From positions 1 to 58,635 of the forward strand of contig CAZKTS010000114.1 in the NCBI GenBank assembly GCA_964555735.1: a DNA stretch of 58,635 nucleotides. The letters run 5' to 3'. The position numbers and the translations under genes are program-made. Of the stretch, positions 38,669 through 47,732 are shown piece by piece. Position 1 is the stretch's first letter; each line of letters begins with the position of its first letter. The DNA is from an uncultured Bifidobacteriaceae bacterium (lineage in GTDB: Bacteria > Actinomycetota > Acidimicrobiia > IMCC26256 > PALSA-555). The notes beneath the pieces were generated by a model. The model had not been told where the DNA came from. It saw only the letters and a program-made list of their open reading frames with translations, and did not search any database.

Positions 38669-39141
38669 CCTGGACAACGGGAGCCGACCACGTCCGCGAG
38701 CTCCTCGACCAAGGCGAGCTCGAGCAGGTCGAAGCCAGCGAGCAGATCGCCCGGCGGCTCCTGAGCGATGCCGAGCAGCACCTCGCGTCCGCTCGGACGA
38801 TCAGCACACAGGGGGATCTGACCGGCGCTTACCAGCTTGCATACGACGCGCTCCGCAAGACCGCGTCAAGTCTTCTCGCCGTGCAGGGGCTGCGGGCTAC
38901 CAGCCGCGGTGGGCACGTCGCAGTTCAAGACGCGGTCGTCGCGCAGTTCGGATCGGGCATCAGCGAGCTCCGGGCCTTCAGTCGCATCCGCCGAAGCCGT
39001 AACCGCTTCGAGTATCCCGGCGATGCCGCGAGCGAGGCCACCGAGGACGATGTTGCGGATGCCCTGCAGATCGCCGAGGGCGCACTCGACAAGACGATCA
39101 CGATCTTCGATCGGGGACTCCTCGGACCCTGGCGTCCCTAG
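38665..39141 (+). CDS. HEPN-domain protein (toxin partner, RX4Y variant)
   Basis: AYQLAYDALRK, RGGHVAV, IRRSRNRFEY; ATGA overlap with the MNT gene. Confidence 0.82.
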   Translation: MTWTTGADHVRELLDQGELEQVEASEQIARRLLSDAEQHLASARTISTQGDLTGAYQLAYDALRKTASSLLAVQGLRATSRGGHVAVQDAVVAQFGSGISELRAFSRIRRSRNRFEYPGDAASEATEDDVADALQIAEGALDKTITIFDRGLLGPWRP

Positions 39142-39907
39142 GAGCCGTCGTTCGCGAGAGGATCGAAGATCTCCGCGAGTTCGCAACTCGGTACGTGGAT
39201 CCAACCCTCCCGGCGGGCTTGGGCAAGGTCAGCCTCGGCGGGAACTTCGGTCAGCCCAAGCATCGCAGCGCGCGCCACCAGTGCGCAGATCAACGCGTCG
39301 AGGTCGTCGTCGTCCTCTGCGCAACGCTCTGCGATCTCGGCGGTGACCGCCAGACCGTGACACTGCGCCAACAGCTTCCCCGAAAGCACGACCCGGTTCT
39401 CTCGGTGCTCCTTCCCCTTGTAGGAGATGTCTTCAAGGTCCATGCGCGCAAGGCGGCTGCGGGGTAGACCTCGACGAGCCTGCTGTCGAGGCCGGCTCGA
39501 TCGACGGGCTCCTCGCTCGCGACCAGATCCTGGACGGCTGCGCAACGCATGGTGGTTACCGCGATTCGGTCAGACGACGGGCTGAGCGGGAGTCGACCTC
39601 GCTCGCCGACACGCAGGTCCGTGCCCCGGAAGCGCAGAGTCTTCCGATGGCTCTCCGGATCGAGTCCCCGACCTGGCCAGGGCTCCTGTCGTCGATGCCC
39701 GTCGATCGCCGTGACGAAGGCGTCGGGCCAGCCGAAGGGTGCATCGATCCCGACGTTGTCGATCGTCAACGCGAGCGCGGCAAGCTTGGAATCTGTCGCG
39801 CCGCGTTCATGGAACGTCACGCAGCCCGTTTTCCAGTCGACTGAGCAGATCGACGTTCGACGGACGTCGGAGGACAGGTCGATCCCGAGCGTTCGCACGC
39901 TCGTCAT
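39138..39907 (-). pseudogene. DUF429 (RNase H-fold predicted nuclease), frameshifted near 39440
   Basis: N-part LGIDLS...GIDAPFGWP...EVYPAAALRAW is in one frame; C-part DLEDISYKG...DDLDALICAL...EGWIHVP is in another. One extra G (TGG-GAC) restores a single ORF. Confidence 0.8.
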
Positions 39908-39932
39908 CTTGGCCGGAGCAGCCGGCGGAGGC

Positions 39933-39954
39933 CTTCTAACGGATCTTCTAACGG
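39933..39954 (+). repeat. putative integrase arm-type sites (right)
   Basis: CTTCTAACGG-AT-CTTCTAACGG. Confidence 0.7.
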
Positions 39955-40069
39955 ATGGTCCGGCATCGGGCGATACCCGCAGGTACGCGCCGAGAGGACG
40001 CAAACACGAAAGCCCAGGTCAGCGGCAGTATCCGACACAGCCCGACACCAGCCGCGATGGCCCGGCGAT

Positions 40070-40120
40070 GGCTCATAACCCGAAGGTCGTGGGTTCAAAT
40101 CCCACCCCCGCCACCATCGA
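40070..40120 (+). repeat. att core, right copy (duplicated tRNA-fMet 3' half)
   Basis: Identical to 19266-19316; no D-arm or acceptor 5' strand upstream. Confidence 0.95.
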
Positions 40121-40214
40121 GAACACCATGCACCGAGCGGGCCGTACGGCCCGCTCGGTCGCGTCGAGCGCACGTCATCGACCGAGTGCGGCCCGCGCGG
40201 CGACGCCGGGACCG

Positions 40215-40763
40215 TCACGCCGTGTCGGCGGTCACGATCCCGTCGCACTCTGGGGCCGCGTCGAGCGCGGCGATGAGCTCCGGGTCGCGCAGGCGCGTGA
40301 ACGGATCGTCGAGGTTCCGTCCCAGCTCCTGGAGTCCGGCCTCGAAGGTCGAAGCCTTCGCCTCGAACACGGGCTTCGACGGGTCGGCCGCTCGGAGGTC
40401 ACGCGCGAGCCGGCGGACCTCGCGGATGGCGTCCCGCAGGTAGCGGTCGACGCCCCGAGCGGCGTTGCCACCCTCCGGGGGGTTGAGCTCGGCGAGTGAC
40501 GATCGCGCCTCGCGGAGCGCGCCGAGGTAGGCCTTGGTGTTGGCGAGGGCGCCGGTCTGGAACTCGTCCGGCGAACCCAGGTCGAGTGTGGCGTGCGCCG
40601 TGACGAACGCCTCTTCCGCGGTCCGCACGTCGACGAGCGACGAGCACACCGCCGTGGCCCACTCCTCGTTGGAGACGTCACGTGCCGCGGCGGGCAGCGC
40701 CATGATGCCGAGTGCGGTCGCGCCGACGAGCAACGTCCCGAGTGCGCGCCTCGTGTTCCTCAT
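40215..40763 (-). CDS. secreted helical hypothetical protein
   Basis: Signal peptide MRNTRRALGTLLVGATALGIMALPAAA; Cys near each end (AVC...PEC). Confidence 0.75.
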   Translation of the reverse strand: MRNTRRALGTLLVGATALGIMALPAAARDVSNEEWATAVCSSLVDVRTAEEAFVTAHATLDLGSPDEFQTGALANTKAYLGALREARSSLAELNPPEGGNAARGVDRYLRDAIREVRRLARDLRAADPSKPVFEAKASTFEAGLQELGRNLDDPFTRLRDPELIAALDAAPECDGIVTADTA

Positions 40764-41896
40764 GACCCACCTCCGACGACCGTGCTCCGCTCGAGGTTCA
40801 CCAGCGCGCTCCCGATGGGCGGTGCGCCGTCGAACCGGGCGATGGTCGAATCATTGGGTGGCGGGGGCGACGAGGTCGGCACGCTCGGCCCACGCGTCGT
40901 CGTCGTCACCGGCGCCGCGGTCGTCGGCGTCGTCGCACCGGTGGTCGTGGTCCCCGGACCGCTCGTGGTCGTCGTCTGTCCCGCGCTCGTGGTGCTCGTC
41001 GTGGAGGTCGTGGTCGTGTCGACGGTGTCCTCCGACGGCGTGCCTGCCTGCGGGTCGAAGAACGTGATGATCACGTAGCCGTTGCCGTGCTGGTGACTGT
41101 CGATGAACTCGACGTCCGTCGCGCTCCCGGAGGTGCACGACGAGCCGCCGCCTCCACCCGCACCGGGCTCCGCGTCGGCCGGGTTCTCCGGCTGGTTGTC
41201 GCCGCCGCCGCCGCCGTTGCAGCCGCCGCCACCGCTGCCGCCGCCGCCGTAGTCGTAGAGCCCGTAGTTGTCGCGCTCGTAGTTCGGCGCGTCGCCGCCG
41301 CGGCGTCCGCCCTGGTTGGCGCCGCCGCCACCCGGCCCGGCGTAGCAGCAGCCGTAGCTGCCGGCACCGGCGCTGCGGCCGCCGTGCCCGCCGGTGCCGC
41401 CGATGCCCTCGCCACCGTCGCCGCCGCCGGCGCCGCCGCCGCCGCCTCCGGTCACTTCCCAACCGGGCCCGGTCACGAAGCTCGCGCCGCCGCCGGTCGC
41501 GCCGTCGTAGCCGCCGGGGTCGCTGTCCTGGGAGTTTCCAGCCTTGCCGAGTGCGCGGTGGCCGCCGGATCCGTTGCTGCCGTCGCCCCAGCCGTCCTGG
41601 CAGCCGACGACGATGCGGAGGTAGTCGCCTTCCTTCACCGGCACGGTCGCCTCGACCTTGCCGCCGAGGCCCGCGCCACCGCTCGAGTCACCGCCGTTGG
41701 CGTGGTTGCCCTGCGCGCCGGCGAGGCGGATGGTGGCCATCGTCCACCCTTCGGGGACGACCAGGCCGCGGACCTGGTGGGAGCAGCTGTACTTGACCTG
41801 CTTCTGGGTGCCGGTCTGGGCGTGGCCCGGTACGGCCAACGCGCCCCCGGTTGCCATCGCGATGGTCGCGACGACGACGGCGAGACGTCGTTTCAC
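40760..41896 (-). CDS. secreted glycine-rich (ALK/LTK-like) domain protein with Thr/Pro stalk
   Basis: GTG start, signal peptide, TIRLAGAQG, VPVKEGDYLRIVVG, GGGGGGAGG, GNGYVIITF, then TTTSTT linker. Confidence 0.75.
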   Translation of the reverse strand: MKRRLAVVVATIAMATGGALAVPGHAQTGTQKQVKYSCSHQVRGLVVPEGWTMATIRLAGAQGNHANGGDSSGGAGLGGKVEATVPVKEGDYLRIVVGCQDGWGDGSNGSGGHRALGKAGNSQDSDPGGYDGATGGGASFVTGPGWEVTGGGGGGAGGGDGGEGIGGTGGHGGRSAGAGSYGCCYAGPGGGGANQGGRRGGDAPNYERDNYGLYDYGGGGSGGGGCNGGGGGDNQPENPADAEPGAGGGGGSSCTSGSATDVEFIDSHQHGNGYVIITFFDPQAGTPSEDTVDTTTTSTTSTTSAGQTTTTSGPGTTTTGATTPTTAAPVTTTTRGPSVPTSSPPPPNDSTIARFDGAPPIGSALVNLERSTVVGGGS

Positions 41897-42074
41897 CTCG
41901 TGCTCCTGGGTGTCGGTCCCGCGCCGCGGTCGACACCTTATCGTGGTCACGCGACCACGGAGAGCGCGCAAGGCCCTGCGCGCTGGCCGCACGGAGTTCG
42001 AGCCGTAGTGACGCCGAGCTACGAGCTCGGGGACGACCGGTGCGTTGCGCGGCGGTCTCGGCCGCCGCGCTCGA

Positions 42075-42593
42075 TCAGCTCGATCGCTTCGTGAGCGTGA
42101 ACGTGTAGGTGCCGGGGAAGACGAACTCGCCGCCCGATGTCCGGAGCGACTCCTCACCGTGGCCGCGGACCTGCTTGAGCTTCCCGGTCCCAGCCGTCAC
42201 CTTGGTGACGTAGTCGCGTGCGGTCGCGCCGGGAGACCCTGTCCACGTCGAGCTCCACGTGAGCGTGCCCTTCCCGAGCCCTTTGATCGTGCCGACGAAC
42301 TTCTCGGTGGCGTGCTCGGTCGTGGTACCGGCCGCGGCATCGAGCGTGATCGTTCCGCTCGTGGTGACGACCCCGGCAAGATCCCCGTCGAGCTGCCAGC
42401 TCAGCTCGTACGGGATCGATCCGTCGGTCGCCGCGGGCAGCAACGTGAGCGCGGTCGGACCGAAGGCGGTGATCGATCCCTCCGCCTCGATCTTCTTCGA
42501 CTTCGCCGGCGCCGACCACGCTGCGGGCGCGCTCGCAGCCACGACGAGAGCGGTCGCGCAGAGCACGACGTTGACCTGGAGCACGCGCTTCAT
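42075..42593 (-). CDS. secreted beta-rich hypothetical protein
   Basis: Signal peptide MKRVLQVNVVLCATALVVAASAPAAWS; VTAGTGKLKQVRGHG. Confidence 0.7.
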   Translation of the reverse strand: MKRVLQVNVVLCATALVVAASAPAAWSAPAKSKKIEAEGSITAFGPTALTLLPAATDGSIPYELSWQLDGDLAGVVTTSGTITLDAAAGTTTEHATEKFVGTIKGLGKGTLTWSSTWTGSPGATARDYVTKVTAGTGKLKQVRGHGEESLRTSGGEFVFPGTYTFTLTKRSS

Positions 42594-42704
42594 GACCCCC
42601 CACCCCGCGCGCCTGCCGAGATTGGGGCAGGATTGCTGCGCTCGTGCGACGTACGGCTGCGTGAGCATAGAGCGATCTGACGGTTCCGGCGGGCGAAGGG
42701 GCGC

Positions 42705-43133
42705 ATGATGACGGAAGCGCTGTTGCAAGGCATCAACCATGTGGCGCTCGCGTCTGCGGACGTCGACGCGACCGCCTCGTGGTACGCCGAGCTGTTCGGG
42801 CTCGAGATCACCGACATCACCGAGCCGGGGTCGTACCGCAACGTGCTGCTCTTCTTCCCGAACGGATCGTTCGTGCAGGTGCTCGACGCCGCTGACGCAC
42901 CGGTGGTGCTCGCCCCCGAGGCGGGACCGGGTACGGGCCGGTACCTCGACGGTGCTCCGCTCGACCACTTCTCGCTCTTCGCCGCGGACGTGGCTGCGCT
43001 CGAGCAGCTTCGCGATCGTCTGGTCGCGCGCGGCGCGACCGACGGTCACATCGAAGACATCGCCGGGCTCGTGCGCAACCTCGAGTTCAAGGATCCCGAT
43101 GGCCGCGACGTCGACGTGACGGCGTTCGTCTGA
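42705..43133 (+). CDS. VOC/glyoxalase family protein
   Basis: GINHVALASADVDATASWYAELFG, LDHFSL, FKDPDGRDVDV. Confidence 0.9.
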   Translation: MMTEALLQGINHVALASADVDATASWYAELFGLEITDITEPGSYRNVLLFFPNGSFVQVLDAADAPVVLAPEAGPGTGRYLDGAPLDHFSLFAADVAALEQLRDRLVARGATDGHIEDIAGLVRNLEFKDPDGRDVDVTAFV

Positions 43134-43192
43134 CGGAGACGCGGCTCGCTGCGCACAGGAGTCGGGCCGCGGACCGGCGGGCGCCGTCCGGG

Positions 43193-44113
43193 TCAGCCGG
43201 TGAAGCGCAGCTCGACCGAAGGCAGGCTGGCGGCGGGAGAAGCGCACCCCGGATCCGGGGTGTAGGTGATGATGACCTCGCCCCCACCGTCGTTGACCCC
43301 GTCGCTCATGCCGCTGCCGTCGGGCGTGAAGCCGGAGCCACCTCCACCACCTGCGCCGCCATCGCCGCCGGCGCTGGTGCCACCCCCGCCTCCGCCACCG
43401 AGGACACCGCCGCCGCCGCCACCGCCGCCTTCGCCGGCGTTCGTCGCAGGTCCACCCGCCCCGCCCTGGCCGGTACCGCCGGGGAGGCCGTTCGCCGGGG
43501 CGACTTCGCCAGTCCCGCCGCCACCGCCGTTCCCGCCGGAGAACCCGCCCTGCGCGCTCGCGGCCTGGTTCGATCCACCGTCGGCACCGTCGCCGCCTCC
43601 GCCACCACCGTTGCCGGGGGTCTGGCCGTCACGGCCGCCGCCGCCAGCGCCGCCACCCGCCGCCACGAGGAACACGCTCCCACGGCGGACGTCTGACATC
43701 CCGCCGCCGCCGCCACCACCGCCCGCGACGCCGGTGCTGTCGCTGCCACCGGCACCGCCGCCGTTCACGCCCGCGCTGCCGCCGGCGGCAGCGGAACCGT
43801 TGCCACCCTGGCCTCCGACCGACACCGTCAGGCTCTCGCCGGGAGTGGTCGCGACCGTGCCCGTGGCGCTGCCTCCCAGCCCGCCAGTGCCACCCGGGTC
43901 CACGGTGGGCGTGGCCCCGTCGCCGCCCTCGGCACCGAGCGCGGTGATCGTGATCCCGCACACGTCGGCAGGCACCAGGAAGTCGACGGTGCCGGGATCG
44001 TCGAAGACGACCTCTTGCTCAGCGCCGGGCAGTCCGGCGCCGGCGCCGGCGGGATACCAAGCAAGGCAGATCCCTGCGGCGAGCGAGCCGATCACAACGA
44101 GGCGCTTGAACAT
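43193..44113 (-). CDS. secreted glycine-rich (ALK/LTK-like) domain protein
   Basis: Signal peptide, ITALGAEGG, TPGESLTVSVGGQGG, LVAAGGGAGGG, EVIITYT; ends LRFTG-stop. Confidence 0.8.
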   Translation of the reverse strand: MFKRLVVIGSLAAGICLAWYPAGAGAGLPGAEQEVVFDDPGTVDFLVPADVCGITITALGAEGGDGATPTVDPGGTGGLGGSATGTVATTPGESLTVSVGGQGGNGSAAAGGSAGVNGGGAGGSDSTGVAGGGGGGGGMSDVRRGSVFLVAAGGGAGGGGRDGQTPGNGGGGGGDGADGGSNQAASAQGGFSGGNGGGGGTGEVAPANGLPGGTGQGGAGGPATNAGEGGGGGGGGVLGGGGGGGTSAGGDGGAGGGGGSGFTPDGSGMSDGVNDGGGEVIITYTPDPGCASPAASLPSVELRFTG

Positions 44114-44222
44114 GGCGGGCGACGCTAGCGCGGGCCCGCACCTGCCTCACTGCTGAACGGAACCTGCCGCGGGGGTCGCAACGGCCTGCTTGACTGACAC
44201 CCGCTCGAAGGGGGATGGGGCC

Positions 44223-46937
44223 GTGGTCGAGCTGCCGACGGGAACGGTCACGTTCCTGTTCACTGATCTCGAGGGTTCGACGCGTCTGTGGGAAAAGCAT
44301 CCCGACGCGATGAAGGGCGCGCTCGCACGGCACGACGAGATCGTGCGCACGGCGATCGAAGCGAACGATGGTCTCGTCGTGAAGACGACGGGCGACGGCT
44401 TCCACGCCGCGTTCGCGAGGACCCACGAGGCCGTCGAAGCCGCCGTCGGCGCCCAGCTCGCGCTCGCCGAAGAACCCTGGGCGCATACCGGACCGCTGAC
44501 GGTCCGGATGGGCGTGCACACCTGCGAGGCTGAGGCGCGCGACGGCGACTACTACGGCACCGGTGTGAATCGTGCGGCCCGACTGATGGGCGTCGCGCAC
44601 GGCGGCCAGATTCTCGTCTCGAGCGCCACGAGCGAGCTCGTGCGGGATCGGTCAGTGGAGCTCGTCGACCTCGGCGAGCACCGGTTGCGCGATCTCGGTC
44701 ATCCGGAGCGGATCTTCCAGGTGCTGCATCCGGCACTGGAGCGCTCGTTCCCGCCGTTGCTGACCGTCGACACGGTCCCGACGAACCTGCCGACCGTGCG
44801 CACCGAGCTGATTGGTCGCAATGCCGACGTGGACGCGCTCTCGGAGCTCGTCACCCGCGAGCGGCTGGTCACGCTGACCGGTGTCGGTGGCGTCGGCAAG
44901 ACCCGGCTCGCGCTCGGTGTGGCTGCGGCGGTCGCCGCGGACTTCGCGGACGGGTGCTGGTTCGTGGAGCTCGCGCCGGTTGCGGGTGATGAGGAGGTGA
45001 CCAAGGTCGCCGCGGCAGCGATGCGGGCGCCGACGATCGATCTCGACGGATTCGCCGCCTACCTCGGTGATCGTCGCGTGCTGCTGGTGCTCGACAACTG
45101 CGAGCACGTCCTCGACGGCGCCGCCGATCTGGTGGATGCGGTGCTCGAATCGGGTCTTGATGTCCACGTGCTGGTGACGAGCCGTGAGCCGCTAGGGCTC
45201 GACGGTGAGCAGGTGCGACGGGTGCAGTCGCTCGGTGTCCCCGACGAGCACGCCGATGCGGAGTCCGCCCGCTCGACTGCCGCGGTGCGGCTCTTCACCG
45301 AGCGCGCCATCGCCGCGTCCGACGGCTTCGCGGTCGACGACGGCAACGTCGCCGCGGTCACCGAGATCTGCCGTCATCTCGACGGCATCCCGCTCGCGAT
45401 CGAGCTCGCCGCAGCGCGGGTGCGAGCGATGCCGCCGGAGGAGATCGCCCAGCGACTCGACGAGCGCTTCCGGCTGCTCGCCGGTGGGTCACGTCGAGCG
45501 CAGGAGCGCCACCGGACGCTGCTGGCAACCGTGGCCTGGTCGCACGATCTGCTCACCGACGACGAGAAGGCGGTGTTCCGGCGACTCGCCGTGTTCCCCG
45601 CGTCGTTCGCCCTGCCGGCGGCGGAGGTGGTCGCGGGCGGCGGCGGGGTCGACGTCGTGGAGTGCGTCCTGCACCTGGTCGACCGGTCGCTCGTGGTCTA
45701 CGAGCCCGAGACCGGTCGCTACCGCATGCTGGAGACGCTCCGGCAGTTCGGCGCCGACCGGCTCGCCGATGCGGGCGAGACCGAGCCGACCCGGGAGCGC
45801 CACGCCGGGCATTTCCTCGACCTCGTCGAGCGAGTCGCGCCCGAGTTCGACGACGCGCGCCTCCCCGCGGCCGAGGCGCTGCTCGTGCTCGAGCTCGAGA
45901 ACCTTCGTGCGGCCGCCGACTGGTGCGCCGAGCATGACCGGTGGGTCGAGCTCGCCGCCATGGGCGAGCGGCTGTGGGTCTTCGTGAACAGCGCGGGCGC
46001 GGCCGACGGTGTCGCGTGGTATCAGCAGGTGATCGATCACGGCACTGCGCTCGACGAGCAGGTCCTCGCCGATGCACTCGGCGTACTCGCCTACCTGCAG
46101 GTGATCACCCTCGGGAACTACGACATCGCAACCGAGCTCAGCACGCGGAGCCGCGAGCTGGCCGAGCAGCATCAGCTCGCCGAGCCGCAGACTGCCTGGC
46201 TGGCGACGGCGTTCGCCGCGATGTTCACGGGTGACTACCGCGTCGCACTCGACGCCGGCGCTCGGTCGCTCGCCGCAGCCGAGGCTCGGGGCGACGAGCC
46301 GGTTGCCGTCACTGCCTTGTGCGTCCACGGGACACCGCTCGCCGGGCTCGGCGACTTCGACCGCGCGGTGGAGGTCGTGGCGGAGGCCGTGCGGCGCGCG
46401 GAGCGGCTCGGTCAACCCACACTCATCGGTGCGTCGCTGGTCACGGCGGCGTCGCTGCACTTCATGGATCCCCGCGGACCCGACTTCGCCGCGTGCCTCG
46501 ACAGGGTGTCCAGCTATCCGATCGCGGGCGGTGGCGCCGCGAACGACATGTGGGTGGCGATCACCCGCGCGACTGCGGAGGTCGGCGTGCGAGCGCCGGG
46601 TGCCGTCGAGACCGTCGTCGATGCGATCCGCGCGTGTGACCGCCTGCAAGCGCGTCATGCGCTCGACCTGAGCCTGCGCCTCCTGGCGTTCGAAGCCGCC
46701 GCCGCCGGCTTGGAGCAGGCGGCGAGGGAGCTCGTCGGCTACTCGGAGGCACATCTGCGTGCACACCGGATGGAGAACCCCCAGCAGGCGTGGGTGCAGG
46801 CGCGCCTCAAGGAGGTCCTCGACGAGCTCCCGGGACCGTCGGCCGGACCGGTGCGCACTCGCAGCGAGATCATGCGCGTCGTCACCGAGATCGAGACCGC
46901 GCTCACACGCGACACCGCCGAGGCCTCTGATGCGTGA
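44223..46937 (+). CDS. class III nucleotide cyclase - STAND ATPase - TPR protein (paralogue 1)
   Basis: FLFTDLEGST, VKTTGDGF, DYYGTGVNRAARL; GVGGVGKTRL, LLVLDNCEH, LDGIPLAIELAA, YRMLETLRQF; no C-terminal LuxR HTH seen. Confidence 0.9.
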   Translation: MVELPTGTVTFLFTDLEGSTRLWEKHPDAMKGALARHDEIVRTAIEANDGLVVKTTGDGFHAAFARTHEAVEAAVGAQLALAEEPWAHTGPLTVRMGVHTCEAEARDGDYYGTGVNRAARLMGVAHGGQILVSSATSELVRDRSVELVDLGEHRLRDLGHPERIFQVLHPALERSFPPLLTVDTVPTNLPTVRTELIGRNADVDALSELVTRERLVTLTGVGGVGKTRLALGVAAAVAADFADGCWFVELAPVAGDEEVTKVAAAAMRAPTIDLDGFAAYLGDRRVLLVLDNCEHVLDGAADLVDAVLESGLDVHVLVTSREPLGLDGEQVRRVQSLGVPDEHADAESARSTAAVRLFTERAIAASDGFAVDDGNVAAVTEICRHLDGIPLAIELAAARVRAMPPEEIAQRLDERFRLLAGGSRRAQERHRTLLATVAWSHDLLTDDEKAVFRRLAVFPASFALPAAEVVAGGGGVDVVECVLHLVDRSLVVYEPETGRYRMLETLRQFGADRLADAGETEPTRERHAGHFLDLVERVAPEFDDARLPAAEALLVLELENLRAAADWCAEHDRWVELAAMGERLWVFVNSAGAADGVAWYQQVIDHGTALDEQVLADALGVLAYLQVITLGNYDIATELSTRSRELAEQHQLAEPQTAWLATAFAAMFTGDYRVALDAGARSLAAAEARGDEPVAVTALCVHGTPLAGLGDFDRAVEVVAEAVRRAERLGQPTLIGASLVTAASLHFMDPRGPDFAACLDRVSSYPIAGGGAANDMWVAITRATAEVGVRAPGAVETVVDAIRACDRLQARHALDLSLRLLAFEAAAAGLEQAARELVGYSEAHLRAHRMENPQQAWVQARLKEVLDELPGPSAGPVRTRSEIMRVVTEIETALTRDTAEASDA

Positions 46938-46961
46938 ACCCACGATGGAGCCGTGCCGTGA

Positions 46962-47393
46962 CTACCCGTCGAGCGGATGCTCCCACCGGAGCCCCGGGAA
47001 GCGTGCGAACGACCGGTCGCAGGTGTACCAGGTCGTTCCCTGCTCGATCGCGAGCGCCGCGAGGTATGCATCGGGCACGGTGTTGCCGCGGGCTTCTGTC
47101 GTCGTGCAGAGCTGTTCGAAGATCTGCCAGTGGCGCGGTCCGGGAGCGATGGTGACTGCGGCGGGCGCTGTGCGCAGCGCATCCGCGAACTCGAGCGCGA
47201 CACTCAGCGGGGTCGGGTCGCGGAAGACCCGCGGGTGCGTGACCACCCGGATGAACCCCGAGAGGACGACGTCGGTGAGCCCGAGCGGTTCGTCGTCGGT
47301 GCGGGCAGCCTCGAGCCACTCGAAGTGCTCGACGTGCCGGGGAGACTCGGGGCGGTGCGCGTACACGAGGACGTTGACGTCAACGCCGCGCAT
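46962..47393 (-). CDS. vapC: VapC PIN-domain toxin
   Basis: VDVNVLVYA, VLSGFIRVVTHPRVF, VPDAYLAALA, TCDRSFARF. Confidence 0.92.
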   Translation of the reverse strand: MRGVDVNVLVYAHRPESPRHVEHFEWLEAARTDDEPLGLTDVVLSGFIRVVTHPRVFRDPTPLSVALEFADALRTAPAAVTIAPGPRHWQIFEQLCTTTEARGNTVPDAYLAALAIEQGTTWYTCDRSFARFPGLRWEHPLDG

Positions 47394-47640
47394 CGAGCTC
47401 GACGTCCTCGTCCATCGAGTCGCGCAACGCGGCATTGTTCGCGAGGTCGATGCCCGGGAGCACACCCGATCCGCCGAAGGTCGGCAGTGGCGGGAGCGCG
47501 GCTCCGGACGCGGTCGTCGACTCGGTCATCGCGCGCCGCAGGGCGTCCTCGATGACCTCGGCGACGGTGCGCCCCGAGCGCGCGGCGCGCGCCTTCACCG
47601 TGGCGTACAGGTCGTCATCGATCCGCACGGTCGTCCTCAC
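47380..47640 (-). CDS. vapB: VapB RHH antitoxin
   Basis: MRTTVRIDDDLYATVKARAARSGRTVAEVIEDALR; overlaps the vapC start. Confidence 0.9.
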   Translation of the reverse strand: MRTTVRIDDDLYATVKARAARSGRTVAEVIEDALRRAMTESTTASGAALPPLPTFGGSGVLPGIDLANNAALRDSMDEDVELDARR

Positions 47641-47732
47641 TGCCGGCATCTTAGCATCAGAGGCCGACATCTTGATGCCCCGCCGGGCACCTTCGTGGTT
47701 CCCTCGACAGCCCTGGCTGAGCGCGGTGACCG

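Noticed and set aside
40070-40120. second tRNA-Met gene
   Set aside because: Only the anticodon-to-3' half is present; it is the att duplicate.
40760-40850. F[T/A]G tail in the fourth glycine-rich paralogue
   Set aside because: An internal ARFDG occurs about 20 residues before the stop but is not terminal, so it was not counted.
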